From the NCBI GenBank assembly GCA_021613535.1, contig CP075497.1, positions 2,790,001 to 2,854,000 on the forward strand: DNA of 64,000 nt, in the 5' to 3' direction. The position numbers and the translations under genes are program-made. The notes beneath the pieces are model-generated. The model was given only the letters and a program-made list of their open reading frames with translations. It ran no database searches and was not told the DNA's origin. The first letter of the stretch is position 1, and each line of letters opens with the position of its first letter. This DNA is from Adineta vaga. Lineage: Eukaryota; Animalia; Rotifera. Of the stretch, positions 14,217-27,873 are shown one piece after another.

Positions 14217-14732
14217 ATGTCATCGGCTGACGCTACAAATAGCAATAATACAAGCAAAACTGATGAATATATCAAATTGAGAGTCGTCGGACAAGACAAT
14301 AGTGAGTTGATCGTTTTTTTTCTCGCAAATGAAAGACTAACAATTGATTTTTCTTCTGTAGGCGAAGTTCATTTTAAGGTAAAAATGACAACATCAATGG
14401 GTAAATTAAAAAAATCCTATGCTGAACGTCAAGGTATGAACAATGAAATTTTTTTGCTTCAATTCTATCTATTTTGATTTGTTTAGGCGTTGCGGTTGGT
14501 AGTTTGCGGTAAATATTCATTTAGTTAACGTCGAAAATCGAATGTTTCATTTGAAAATTTTTAGGTTTCTATTTGATGGTAAACGTATAAACGATGATGA
14601 AACACCAAAACTCCTAGAAATGGAAGATAATGATACAATTGATGTATATCAAGAACAAGTTAGTAAAACATTTCAATAATGAACAGAAAAGATTCCATGA
14701 TTATTTTCCTTTAGGTTGGTGGTTCATGTTAG
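14217..14732 (+). CDS. SUMO: Small ubiquitin-like modifier
   Basis: Spliced sequence [12 protein letters not shown]|[24 protein letters not shown]|GVAVGSLR|[31 protein letters not shown]|VGG-SC*. Di-glycine motif present; 22-nt microexon at 14487-14508. Confidence 0.97.
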
Positions 14733-15134
14733 ACAAAGAAAATTTCTTCTTGATTATCACCATCATTATTATTATTATTCAGACTCTCAAATCTTTCTCT
14801 TTCTCTCTTGAATGAAGATTTTCTTTGTGTTTTTTTTCCTTTGTACCCTATTTTCTGTTTCTTGTTGTTTGTCATTGTTTGTATGTATATATTAGTACAT
14901 TGACTTCTATATCATCCAAGGTAATTCAAAACTCATTTTCCTTCTTGTTGTTCTAATTCCGGGTGAGAGTTTGAAAAAAAGAATTGTCGTCGATTTTTTT
15001 CTCTTTCGTTGGAATATCAAATGTGTATGTAGAAGACTTATGTTTCTCTTTTTTGGTTTTCTTCACTTACGTTTATTTTTTATTTCTTGTCTCTTGTGTT
15101 TCGATGTGGTCAAATTCGAATTTCTCTTCTTTTC

Positions 15135-15157
15135 TGTGTGTGTGTGTGTGTGTGTGT
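15135..15157. repeat. (TG)n microsatellite in the probable SUMO 3' UTR
   Basis: Direct reading of the tgtgtg run. Confidence 0.9.
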
Positions 15158-15489
15158 TGTTCATGTCTTTGTTATCCACGAGCTTTTGTGATGATGAAAA
15201 CAGAAACAAAAATAGAGACAAACTAAAAATGATGTTGAACACAAACAATGATTGATTTGTTCGAAAAATGAGAATGTCGAGCATATGAATATGATTTCGA
15301 GTACAGTTGACTGATGAATGTATGATCGAGAGACTATCAATAAATTCAAGATATTTGAGAAAAGAATTAGTTTTAACGATATATATTGATTTAATCATAT
15401 CGATAAAAAACTTTGAATGTTAATTTTATTGAAGCAATTGGAATAAGAAATATATATTTTGTTCTTTTTTTAAATTACTTTCTTCATGA

Positions 15490-15886
15490 TTAATTGCTTT
15501 TTGTTATTTCAAAATGTGGTGGCCCAACTAATGGTGTTGCACGTCTGCCACCTAGATGAAAACCAATATCAATCATTTGATCACCAGGTAAAACGACCTT
15601 GAACATAATCATTAAGTCCTTTTCAATATTCTCTCGAAATAAAATACCTTATATGTATAAAATGTTCCGCAACCAAGTTGTTGACGAATACTGATTGGTT
15701 TTAAATCTGAATTCGCAGGTATTTCAGGAAATGTTTCATGAATTCGAAGACCAATGGCTTCTTTATACTAATTGATATATTTAATCGAAAGTTTATTATT
15801 GTTAATAACTCTGAATAACTTACTGAATTGAATAAATCTTTATCTTCATCAGTTAATGATTGAAATAAATCTCCTTCGGACGACAT
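15490..15886 (-). CDS. Stefin (type-1 cystatin)-like protein, about 96 aa, 3 exons
   Basis: Spliced sequence MSSEGDLFQSLTDEDKDLFNS|YKEAIGLRIHETFPEIPANSDLKPISIRQQLGCGTFYTYK|VVLPGDQMIDIGFHLGGRRATPLVGPPHFEITKSN*. KPISIRQQLGCGTFYTYKV parallels stefin KAVSFKSQVVAGTNYFIKV. No signal peptide. Confidence 0.6.
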
Positions 15887-16066
15887 TTCTTCAACAATGA
15901 TTATCAAAATAATGTAGATGTTTTTCTTTCTCAAGAGAGAAAAAAAGCAAAACAAATACAGGTGAATCATACGTATAAAACAACTCGTTGAAATATTGAT
16001 GAATAAGATTTCATTTTCATCTTTTTTTTTTATTCGAAATTTATCTACATATTTGTTTTCATTTTC

Positions 16067-19000
16067 TTAAACAACAGTTACACGACAATCTTTTCCATCT
16101 TTACTAATTGCATGACTATTCGAAATCACTTCTTTCGATGATCCTCGTCTTAATGTCCATTTCATTTCTTCATAACTACTTTTTCGTGCTGAACCTGATC
16201 GATTTCGATTCAATAAATTTGATACAGCAGAAGCAACAGATGTTATTCTTGTAGATTGAGTGTTGATTAATGAAGTTGCTGTTTCAACTGCTAGACGTGG
16301 AGATATAGCAGGTACAACAATTGATGTACGTTGTCCTTCCGATTCTACGACAGAATTTCGATATGGAACTTCCATCAATTGTATCCGACGTAATTGACGG
16401 CGACGATCACGATAATGGCGACGAATCTATTTGATGAAAATTCAAATAAAACATTTCAATAAAATCAAATTCAAATTTTACCTCATCATTAAATAGAAAA
16501 AATGATAGAAAAAGAAAACCACCCTAGAATAAAAAGACAAATCATATTTTTACCGAAAAGAAAAAGCTAAATTATATTTTTCTACTTGTAAACCATTGAA
16601 AAATCCATGTAAAAGTCGAAGAATAGGTTCATCATAGAAATAGGGAAGTATCGCTAAAGACCAAGTGATTGTAATTAAAAATAATTGTGACCATATTCCG
16701 CCAGTATATGTTCTACAAATTGAAAAGCTATTCTTCCATATCGTTCACACGAAAAGAAACTTACACAATAACTTCATTGGCTTTTTCATTTTTGTATAAG
16801 AACTTTCATGATGTTGTTTAGCTGAGAAGATCATTACCATAATAGTGATCTATTTGAAAATATATCGTGGCAATGAAATTTTGTTTTTTAACAGAATCTT
16901 ACAAATATAATTCCGGTTATTGGTATGAAATAAATCTTAAACCAATCGTCAAGATCAATAAAACATAAACCTGATTTTGTCGTCATGAAATATGTTTTCG
17001 TTTTTATCGAAGCTAATAATGTCACAATACAAAATGGTAAAACTAAATAGATAAGTTGATATTACACAATGGTTTCTCGTTTTCCTAAAGAGATTTCTCT
17101 TACTATAACCCATTCCAAGAAAACGATATTTTGATGCGGCATCCGAAAGTGTTGCACTTGCTCCAGCAACAGCTGGATGTGTTGAATAAGTTATTTGAAT
17201 GTATAAATTAAAAGCTTCATTCATTAACCAACAATAAGAAGATAAGATAAAAAAATGCGTTGTACATGCGACCAAACGGCATAGATATAAATTTGATAAT
17301 GGAATACCATTAAAAGCTAAGATAAGAATCACTTGAGAACAAATTAAAACAAATGCATAATGTTTATGAATATATGCAGCTGATGAATGAGTTCTTAAAA
17401 AAAAGACAAAGAAAAAGTTGTAGAAGTTTCCTTATTTCAAACAATACCGAAGATAATTTAACATGATTAATGTTAGTATTGTAAATGATATGTGAATAAA
17501 TGAGCCAATATAAGAAAATCGATTAAAAAGAGACAAAAGAGATTCAGGTGCACGCCACTATGAATAATAAAACTCCATTGAATGACTTTGTAAAAAGAAG
17601 GAAAATCTTGTTTACTTTCGGATCAAACATATCACTTGTTATCGCAAATATTCCATTAGAAATAAAACATGAACAAGAAATTTCATCCGATTGAAAAGAT
17701 GGAACTATTTCACATATTGACGCTAAACTTTGCCATTTCCATTGACGATTTAGTGTTGCTCTAAATACTTTTAACATTAAAATACAATTATCTATTTCGA
17801 ACATTTACTTATACTGTCCATTGATAAATGTATCAGCTGTATCAAGATATACACATTGATTATCGGATATATTACCATACTATTTCAAAAAGATGTCATA
17901 GTTTATTCAATATATAAACGATTTGCTTACATCTAAATAACCCATTGTGATTAAAATAGGTATATGATCCATTGAAATTAATGTAGAAAGACGATTCGAT
18001 TGTTGTATTGCTTTACGAAGTTTAATATCAATTGAAATGACATGACTATTGAGATTATCATATTTCGAAATTCTTCAAATAAAAATATCGAAAAACATTA
18101 CTTTTCTATTCGAAAATTTCATTCGTTATTTACCGTCCTAATCGAAGATTTGGTATATAAAAATGAGCGGTACGAAAACTAGTAATCGCTACTGAATACC
18201 ATGTTGAGCCTAAGAATAAGAAAAAGATCAATTTAATTTCTTTTTTTGAAAAAAACCAATATGGATTATTTTTACCATCATTTTTCTCATCGGCATTGAA
18301 TAAAGTTCGATTATTCAGAAGATTTTTTCTTAAATGAGCAAAACTAACTTTGGTTTTCGTTTGAGTATTTTCATATGAAAATGAATTTAATTGTTGTCGA
18401 TTAACAATTTGAATTGTTTGTTCAATATTTACTGTTGATGTATGAAATGCACAACCAGGAAATTGTGCACAATCAGTACTTAATATTTGAGCTAAAGTTA
18501 ATGTTAAACGTTGTAATGACGTTAATAAACGAATAAAATCATTGCCAGATGGATGTGTTTCATTCCAAAGTGATTGATATCTTTCATCAATTAAATTTGA
18601 TATTGTGTCTACGAGATATTGATGAATAGAAAGTGTTGCATTGACATCAGCAAGATAAAATGGTTCGTAAGATGATGAATACCATTGAGTTACACTATCA
18701 AAATGACTTATCTGAAATCAAAGAACTTTAAGAATAGAAAATGATTTTCAAATAAAGAATTTTACGAGAATATTTGTTAAACGTTCGATTTGTTCGATAA
18801 GTAAGATTAAATCAATTGTACTATACAATTGTATTGCTGTTAAATTTGTTGATATTGTTTCAGCTAAGAATGCACATTTATCACGAAGTGAAAGAATATA
18901 TTCTTTATCGAATGTAATATTTTCTAATTCTCGATCAATTGTTTTTATAATTGGATGAACACATTGATCATAATCAACATGTGTCCAACGAGCGATTTGT

Positions 19001-20411
19001 TCAATTCGTTGACATGTTCGATATAATTTACCTAAATTTTATATAAAGAAGTTTTTATCAAATGAAATCTCAAGAATGTTATTTACCACTTTTAGCATTG
19101 CCAGGACATTGTTCTGTTACATTTTGACCAGCTGCAACTTTCGGCCATGTAATACTTAACTGACTTTCATTTTTACAATGTGGTCCTAAATCAATGAATA
19201 ATTTCAAATGAATTTTGTCATCAAGAAAGATCAATACCTTCATGTTTTCGACAATAATTATCACATGATTCATGAAGCCATTGTTGAGTAGGACAATTAT
19301 CTAAAGAAGTTAATCTTTCTTCTTGACAAAATGAAATGAGTTCGTTTTTTTTTGTTACCAAAAAGTGAAGAAATTCCAGATGGCCAATGAATTTTCACTT
19401 CTCCTTTAATATCATTAACAAAGTCCATCCAACTAACTGCATCTCCACATGCTTGTTTTTGCATATGACAATCAGTTGCTAATTGATCCAATTCATAATC
19501 TGTTAAAATCTTTTGCCATAGATTTAAATATGCTATTTCACCATGCAATGCTCGTTGATGATCGAATTCAACATCTCCTGTTGTACTCGTTTGTGTTAAA
19601 TTTTTCGGACGAATTGTTTGACCAACATAAAAATCACCACCACTCGGAATCATTGTTTGATGTTTGCGTTTTCCATGTGGAAAATTCCGTGGAATACTCA
19701 TTGTTACAACAGGTAAACCATTAATACGAATAATTAATTGTTTATTTCCAGAAAAATGATGTGCAATAGCAATGTGTTGCCATTGATCGATTGTTAAAGG
19801 AATTGAAACATCATAAATATGATTTAATAGTTCTACATGTAAACGAGAATTTTCAATAATTGAAACAAGTAAAATTGGAAGAGATTCATCTAAAATGTCG
19901 AGTTCGCAAATATGAATGAAAAATCTAATCTGAATAGTAAACCTGTTTTATAATAAATAATTGTATGATCAGGTGAATTTATTTTTGTCCAAATACGAAT
20001 CCAAAATGAAATTGTTAATTCAGAAATACGTGGAAATGGTTTACTATCAAGCTCAATATATGTTGAGAAATGTGTTCCATTAAATACAAGTCGAGAATCA
20101 ACTGCATCGGCTAAACAAAGAAAAATAATCTCACTTGATCTGTTTTCTTTTCAATGCCACAAAATAAAACTCTTCTCATACCAACACATGAATATCCATT
20201 CCAAAGATGACCTTGTCGACAAAGACATTCATAATGATCAAGTTTATCAAGGCAATTTGTCAATGGATAATATGCTGAATTACATGTTTCTATAAAATAA
20301 ATATACAAATAGAAAAAAATAAATCAGTTCTTTGAGTTTTTATTTACCAGTTGAATCCAATGTGTTAATTGTAACTATGACAATATAATGTATAAACAAA
20401 CTAATTCTCAT
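16067..20411 (-). CDS. Adhesion GPCR: signal peptide, EGF, pentraxin/LamG, HRM, GAIN/GPS, 7TM (secretin-like)
   Basis: EGF CLDKLDHYECLCRQGHLWNGYSC. Pentraxin GDFYVGQ...LHGEIAYLNLW. HRM WPKVAAGQNVTEQCP..RTC..W..C. GPS CVY..W..C..CSC..FAI. TM3 CRLVACTTHFFILSSYCWLMNEAFNLY; TM7 FNGLQGGFLF. Confidence 0.9.
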
Positions 20412-21487
20412 CTTCGTTGATCGTCATCGACAACTAAATTTAGTCACAAAGACGATCTTTTTTTCTCTTATTGAACATCGTCAAATGTGTTTGTCGTTGT
20501 TTTTTCTTCTTTTCTTTTGCTTCTCACCCGATTCTTTTCTTCTCCGATCGAATAGCTGAAAAAGAGAAAAAGAAAGAAACATAAGCAATCTTCTTTTCTT
20601 TTCTCTCTATTTCCGAACTTAATGATTCTACTAGAACGATTAGACCAAAGATTTGAATATGTCAAATCGTTTGCTGTTTTCCTCAAGGAGAAAATCAGCG
20701 ATAGAACGCGAGAATTTCTTTCTATTCTTTAGACTAGATCGAATAAATTATGTTTGTTCACTATGAATTTCAGATATGTTATTCATTTCGTTTGATATAG
20801 GTTTTCTCTGATGTACTTTTAATTGATCAATGCTCTTTCAGATTTGCTATTTACTTCACATAATACACAACACATGTAGAGATAGAAATAAGCAAACATT
20901 TACATTAAATAAATGATAGTTTTAAATACATCACGGAAAAGAAAACAATACAAGATCATTTGTTCAATATACATTAAATATTTCTTTGGTTGTTGTTCAT
21001 TGAGAAGACTATTTCTTAATTATTTTTTTATCATCATCTTCAGGAACTCACTATAGTTACTTTCATCGCTTGACGACTAATTAATCATAACATACTGAAA
21101 GCGAAAAAAGGTGCTATACAAAACTATTGAAAAATTTAGAATTAGTTACAAAATACGAAACTCTTTTTGGTTTACTACTAAAATCATTTTTTGATTTTCT
21201 ATGTATTATATATTCTTCAAATTGACGATTCCTATATCGATCAAAAATCTACTCGAAGATAATTTCAATCAAAATCTCTAAAACAATGTGAAAATCAATA
21301 AGTACGAAATCTTATATTTTCAATTCATTTTTATAATGTCTATCAATTGTCTGAAGTGAACAGAGGACCTCTATCGGACGCGTTGAGAATATGTTCATCA
21401 TGTGTCCGTTCGTCCATTCAGAATATGAACATTAGTCGTTGAGCTCAACCTGACCTGAACTTCCTCTATATTCGAAACTGAACAATT

Positions 21488-23665
21488 ATGCAATTAACAA
21501 CGCATTTATATTTTCTATTTCTGTTTTTTGTCTTCATTTCTTCAGTTATTGGAGATGGAGAATCGTTTTTTGACCCAAATGATTTCGACTGGTCGATTCG
21601 ACCTGCAGATGATTTTTTCCATTTTATTAATGGTAAATGGTTAAAACAAGCAATTATTCCACCGTCCAAGACAGAAATTGGAAGTATTTTTACTACATCA
21701 CACAATGTTTTAAAACAATTGAAAAGTATTCTTGATGATCTAACTAATAATGGAACATCTGAAGCACCACATCCCGTTGATTCAATACAACGAAAATTAG
21801 GTGATCTTTATTTAGCTGGTTTAGATCGTCTTACTATTGAAGAGACTGGTATTAAACCATTACAAGAAACGCTTCTTCAACTTGATAAAGTCAAAACATA
21901 TCAAGAATTAATTCATTTTATACTAGAATGGTATAGAAAAATGGATAAAGGTTTAATATTTGATTTTGATGTTTACCCAGATGAACGAAATACATCTCTA
22001 TATTCACCTAGTTGGAAAGTAATACAAATGCCATTTTCTTCAATAAAACGATATTAACTATAAGATTTTTGTTTTTTAGCAAACTGGTGTTGTTCTTCCT
22101 GATCGAGATTATTATTTTCGTAATGATCCATTTTCAAAAAGAATTCGATCAACTTACAAAAATTATATTAATCGAATGCTTAATTTAACAAATCATATTT
22201 TACACAGCACAACAGATTTCATCGATGCAGAAGATATTTTAACATTAGAAACTCAATTAGCTGTTTCACATTATACACCTACTCAATTACGTGATCCAAT
22301 TAAAAATTATAATAAATTATCCGTAATTGAACTTGATCGAATGATGCCAAATCTTGGTTGGCATCATATAATTCAACTTTTACAAATACCCAATGATACA
22401 GTTGTCATGCGTCAATTAGATTATTATCAATCATTAGATAAGTTAATTGTTAGTCAATCATTAAGTATATGGAAGAATAAAATTCGTTTTACAATTGCAC
22501 ATGAAATGGCACCTTATCTTACTGAAGATTTTCTCAATGCTCGACATCATATGTTTCAGTATTCACTTTATGGTCGACAACAAAGATCATCACAATCGAT
22601 GATTATTATTGAAAATATCAATGAATATGTTGGAGATTTATTAGGAAAATTATATGTCGATCGTTATTTTTCAAGTGAAGCAAAACAACGTGTTTTGAAT
22701 TTAACAAATCATTTGATGGATATTTACCGTAATCGACTTATGCGAAATAAATGGATGCATGATAAAACGAAAGAGAAAGCATTAATAAAATTAGATCAAA
22801 TGAGTAAAAAAATCGGTTATCCACCGCAATGGAAAACGTATGAAAATGTTCATACAAATCGATGGTCTTATTTTCAATCAATGGCAAGTATATTTGAATA
22901 TAATTTTCAGAAAAAAATTAATGATTTATCTCGACCAGTTGATAAATATGAATGGGACATATCCGTGCAAACTGTTAATGCATTTTATGTAAGTTTAAAA
23001 TTGTAAATCAATTCTTTTTTTCTTTTGCTTTTATATATAATTAGATAATATATTTATTGTAGATGCCAACAAAGAATGAAATCATATTTCCAGCTGGTAT
23101 TTTGCAAGAACCATTTTTTATGTCAGATGGAGATGATGCAATAAATTATGGTTCTATTGGAAGTTTTATAGGTCATGAAATGACTCATGGTTTTGATGAT
23201 CAAGGAAGAAAATATGATGAAAATGGTGTTCTAAATCCATGGTGGACGTCAGAAGATTTGAATCAATTTAGTAGTCGAACGACGATTCTTGTTAAACAAT
23301 TTAATGATTATAAATTATTTGATATAAATGTCGATGGTCTTTTAACTCTTGGAGAGAATCTTGCTGATCTTGGTGGAATTGAAATAGCTTATGAAGCATT
23401 TTTACAAACTAAACAAGCAAAAGAAGGAAAATTGATTGATGGTTTAACACCAAATCAACGATTTTTTCTCTCATATGCAAAAACATTAAGAATGAAAATG
23501 ACTGATGAAAGACTTCTAGCATTATTAATAGTCGATCCTCATTCACCAGCAATTTATAGAGTCAATGGACCATTATCAAATATCATGGGTTTTTATCAAA
23601 CATTTAATGTTACAGAAAATGATAAAATGTTTCGTGAACTTTCAATACGAGTCAACGTATGGTGA
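21488..23665 (+). CDS. Secreted M13 zinc metallopeptidase of bacterial (PepO-like) type, 680 aa, 3 exons
   Basis: Signal peptide; SIRPADDFFHFINGKW; VNAFY|; IIFPAGILQ; HEMTHGFDDQG; GENLADLGG; DPHSP..RVNGPLSN. Exons 21488-22018, 22080-22988, 23063-23665. No cysteines. Confidence 0.95.
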
Positions 23666-24216
23666 ACAGAAGTAATTTTTTTGTAAATAAAAAAATTTGT
23701 ACGTATATCGTATCTTGAATAATTAATACTTTAGTTCAGTAACAGAATGTTAAATATTAATTCAAATTAGATGTGAACTTTTTCGATCAATTCATTGATC
23801 TATGATTGACATATATCTTATTTCCTTTTGTCTAATATATGACAATACGAGGGATTATTTAGAAGAATGAAAAAACACAATATGTTACTTGTAACATTAA
23901 AGCTATTAACACATGATAGTTTTACTGTGTGGTAGCAAGATTCTCGTATAATTTACATTCTAGCAAACTACTTTCGATTTATTTATTCATTGGAGCAAAT
24001 AGATAAGAATGCAAGTTGAATGCATACTTATTATTTCTCAAAGGCTAATATATTTGTCATAATATTCCAACCTATATTGAGTTTTATATTACATATTGTA
24101 TACACACATTATTTTGACTAACTAATATTTTATTTCAATAACAAAATAGATGTATATAATGCAATAAATAGACTACTAAATATTATTGCAAATTAGAAAT
24201 AAACTTTCTCGAACAG

Positions 24217-25112
24217 TTATTTTGTAAGTTGAAATGAACCTTTAGCTGTGTCATAGATGGCAGAATGTGGATGATGTGATCCACATTCACCATTACAAAC
24301 TTCAACGGTAACGTTGTATGTTCCTGGTAACCATTCTTCACATGGTTCTAGATTGAAAAAGAGAAAAGATAATGATAAACAAGAGATTTATTAACGATGA
24401 ATATAATTACCTTGAGTTGGATCACATCGTGGATCAGGTTCAGCTTTAACACTGATTTTATCAGTATATGTACCAGCTTTTCTGGCTTCCAATAAGAAGC
24501 TAGTACCAAGTGGAATACGATCAGGACAATGGATACCAATGGCAAGTTCGCCAGTACCAGTTCCATTCATTGAAACATAAGTAAAATCAATATTAAATGT
24601 TGTTCCTTTAACACCACTTGGTGGAGTAATGGCAAATTTGGTGATTTTAGCATCACCATGATCATTGACTAGATGAGCAGACACAAAGTATTACATTATT
24701 ACGAAGTATACGAAATAATTCTTTATTTACCTGGACACATTTTAGCTATTTCACAATACCAAATTGGATCAATATCAGCTTTTTCAAGTAATTTAATAAA
24801 TTCTTCAATACCAAAAACATCACATACTAAATCACATACTGTGCCAATAAGAGCTGATCCAGTTTTTTGAGCTAAAGCTTGACATAATGTACCGCATGAA
24901 CCAATAATACCAGAATCAAGAATTAAATTAAGTAAAATATTAATTGATTGATCAGCAATATTGATACATGTTGGACAAAGATCAAGACGAACATTTGGTT
25001 GCAAAAAATTTGTTTTCAAATGTTTAATGTTGTGTGTGTTACCTTTGGCGACATTTGAAGCACTACTAATACCAACAATGGCAATAAGAATGCAAGCGAG
25101 TGTTTTGTACAT
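24217..25112 (-). CDS. Countin-like protein, copy 1 (signal peptide, saposin B-type domain, beta-rich C-terminal domain), 256 aa
   Basis: CPTC...LLNLILDSGIIGSCGTLC...VCDLVCDVFGIEEFIKLLEKADIDPIWYCEIAKMCP|VNDHGDA...GTGTG...|CEEWLPGTYNVTVEVCNGECGSHHPHSAIYD. Exons 25112-24731, 24668-24411, 24347-24217. Confidence 0.88.
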
Positions 25113-25241
25113 TATTTTGATGATTGTTTTTTTTACAATACACAAAAGAATGATTAGAGATGAAATTTCATGCATATAAATATCATCTTGATGAGAAAAG
25201 AATCACCTGAAAAATTGACAACGAAATTACACAAATGGTCC

Positions 25242-25254
25242 GATTTTCACACAA
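25242..25254. promoter_or_regulatory. Conserved 13-mer GATTTTCACACAA upstream of countin copy 1
   Basis: Identical to 26971-26983; lies 130 nt from the ATG versus 131 nt in copy 2, within otherwise diverged flanks. Confidence 0.5.
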
Positions 25255-25953
25255 AATATTTCTTCTACAAGATTCTGGGCCAATTGAGATTATTATTTCC
25301 AAGGTAATGAAATATAAATGCGCATCAATGAACGCTTTTGATCAGTTCAAAAAATCTTCGAGTAAATATTCATGCGAAGTAATACCTTTCAAATTTGAAA
25401 GTGATGAACATAGAAGTATACAATATCTTTGCTCATATTTTCTTCATATTCCAAATACTATTGTATAATTGTGACAAAAAGAAAGAATAACCTATTTTTC
25501 GAAGTGATAAATATAGAAAAACTCGGTCAAAATACACATGATTCGTATTTGAAGGACACACACACTTTTTTTTATAAAACGTCTGTTATTTTACTTTAAT
25601 AGACAATGATCGTGATATCTATGAATACCGATGTTAAGAATTGATAGTGACCAAGAAAAATATTTTAGTTGTCTGTTATACTAAATATTGTGTAGAGAAT
25701 TACTGTACAAGAATCTACTGTCGTGATTAAATCCGTTCTATCGTTGTCTTGTCAGTTTTGATGATGATGATGATGATGATGATTACTGGCACATGCCTTC
25801 TTTTTCTTTTCGAATACCGATAACGTCTTTCGTTAATTCTTTGTAAAAATTTTCTTTTTCTATGCATAATTTCTGTTTTATTATTTATATAAATATAATT
25901 TCGAAAATAATCTCTATTCCTACTACTCTATATTTCACAAAGGAAACATTATT

Positions 25954-26840
25954 TTAAAAAAATTTCTTCTTTGTTATTTCGAATGATCCTTTTGCTGTAT
26001 CATAAATCGACGAATGTGGATGATGTGAACCACATTCACCATTGCATACTTGAGCAGTAATATTATAAGTACCAATTGGCCAACCATCACACACTTCTAT
26101 AAAAAGATTTCAGTTTAATTTTAATTTTATTGGATAGTCTCTTTTTACCTTGACTTGGATCACAATTGAGTTCGAATAAAGTTTGAAAACCGATCTTTTC
26201 TGGATATGTACCAGGTTTTCTTGCTTCAAACCAATAGAGATTACCTGCTGTTCGATTTTTTGGATCGAGAAGTTCAACATTGATTGTTCCTGTTCCAGTA
26301 CCATTGACACTTATAAACGAACAATCAAATATAAATGTTGAACCTTCTGGTGCACTCTTTGGTGTAACTTGAAAATTGATAAATTTAGCATCACCATGAT
26401 CATTAACTAAAACAATAATCAAAATAATTCAATGGATAAATATGCAAATAGATCTTACTTGGACAAAGTTCAAGAATTTCACAATACCAGATTGGATCAA
26501 GATCCATTTTTATCAGTGCTTTAACAAATTCATCAATACCAAAGGCTTCACATGCAACTGAACAAAGATCACCAATAATTACAGATCCTGTTCGATTAGC
26601 AAGAGCTCCACATAAAGCACTACATGATTCAATAATTCCTTCATCAAGAATTAGATTCAGTAAAATATTGATCACTTCAACAGATTCTTCAATACATTCG
26701 GGACATAAATCAATACCTAATTTTGTTGGATTATACACAGAATCAAGACGTTGAAGCTTCTTTGGTTGATTTTTAAATGAAACTGAAGCACTTACACTTC
26801 CAATAACAACAAGAATGAAAAATAAGAAAGTTTTGTACAT
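25954..26840 (-). CDS. Countin-like protein, copy 2
   Basis: CPEC...LLNLILDEGIIESCSALC...DLDPIWYCEILELCP|INDHGDA...|CDGWPIGTYNITAQVCNGECGSHHPHSSIYD. Same two intron positions as copy 1. Confidence 0.88.
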
Positions 26841-26970
26841 TTTCAAAGTATATTAAAGAATATCTATGGAAATTATCATTCGTTTATATAAATCTCTGAT
26901 GAGAAATACAAAAGCTGATCAAAGCAAATGAGGCTATGCACTTTCAATAGTCAAATAACACAAGTGTTAG

Positions 26971-26983
26971 GATTTTCACACAA
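26971..26983. promoter_or_regulatory. Conserved 13-mer GATTTTCACACAA upstream of countin copy 2
   Basis: Identical to 25242-25254 at the same distance from the ATG; TATAAA-like box nearer the start. Confidence 0.5.
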
Positions 26984-27689
26984 TGTTTTTGAGTAAATGA
27001 TAACCTGGATGTAATCCAATAATTATTCCGCTGATTAACCATTTTCATATATTTACTATCAGACCTTATTATTTTTCTTACAATTCATCTTCTCATATGA
27101 TGAAACTAGATGTAAGGAATCGATTTTCATGATTCTATCCCTTATCATTTGAAAAAAAAGATTAAATTTGTACATCCGCTTCAGAGCAACAATAAATAAC
27201 AAACAAATCGATCGTATTTTTATTGACATGTAAAAACTTCTACACGTTTCGTCTCTTATCAGCAATGAAAGATAAATTTGCGTAAATATGTTGTCTGTTC
27301 GTTTATGAGAATTGTCTTTTTTGAAGTTAGATAAAGAGCAAAGTCTATTAATAGATCGTACTTTTCATCGATTTCTTCGTGATGAGAAACGAACAAGATG
27401 CTTTGTGGACTTCAGACGATGGTAAAACTTCATTATTGAGTCTTTTTTTATATTTAAAAGCGTACATAGAGATAACATTACATATCTGAGTGTAGAATCT
27501 CGACAGATAATTTGTACAAAGAAAATCGATATATGTTTCTTGAAGTTTATTTACTCATATTCAATACATTCTTTCAGATACTCAACAAATCCTAGTATAA
27601 TCGAGACAAGATCCTTTTCGATGTAACATATTAAACAAAAGTATAAATATGGAGTGTATAAAGTTTATTTCAAAGAAAAATCTATTAAT

Positions 27690-27837
27690 CTATTCTTCAT
27701 AGAGTGTAAAAGAACCATGAGCTGTATCGTACAAAGCTGTATGAGGATGATGTGAACCACATTGACCATTGCAAAGTAAAACTGTTACATTATAAGTACC
27801 TTCTAACCATTGTTCACATTGACCTAAACAGAAATGT

Positions 27838-27873
<36 letters not shown>

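Noticed and set aside
14971-15398. Short ORFs on both strands after SUMO
   Set aside because: They translate a T-rich 3' UTR and a (TG)n microsatellite.
21488-23665. Bacterial contamination as the source of the M13 gene
   Set aside because: It has two spliceosomal introns, host-like base composition and is flanked by intron-rich animal genes.
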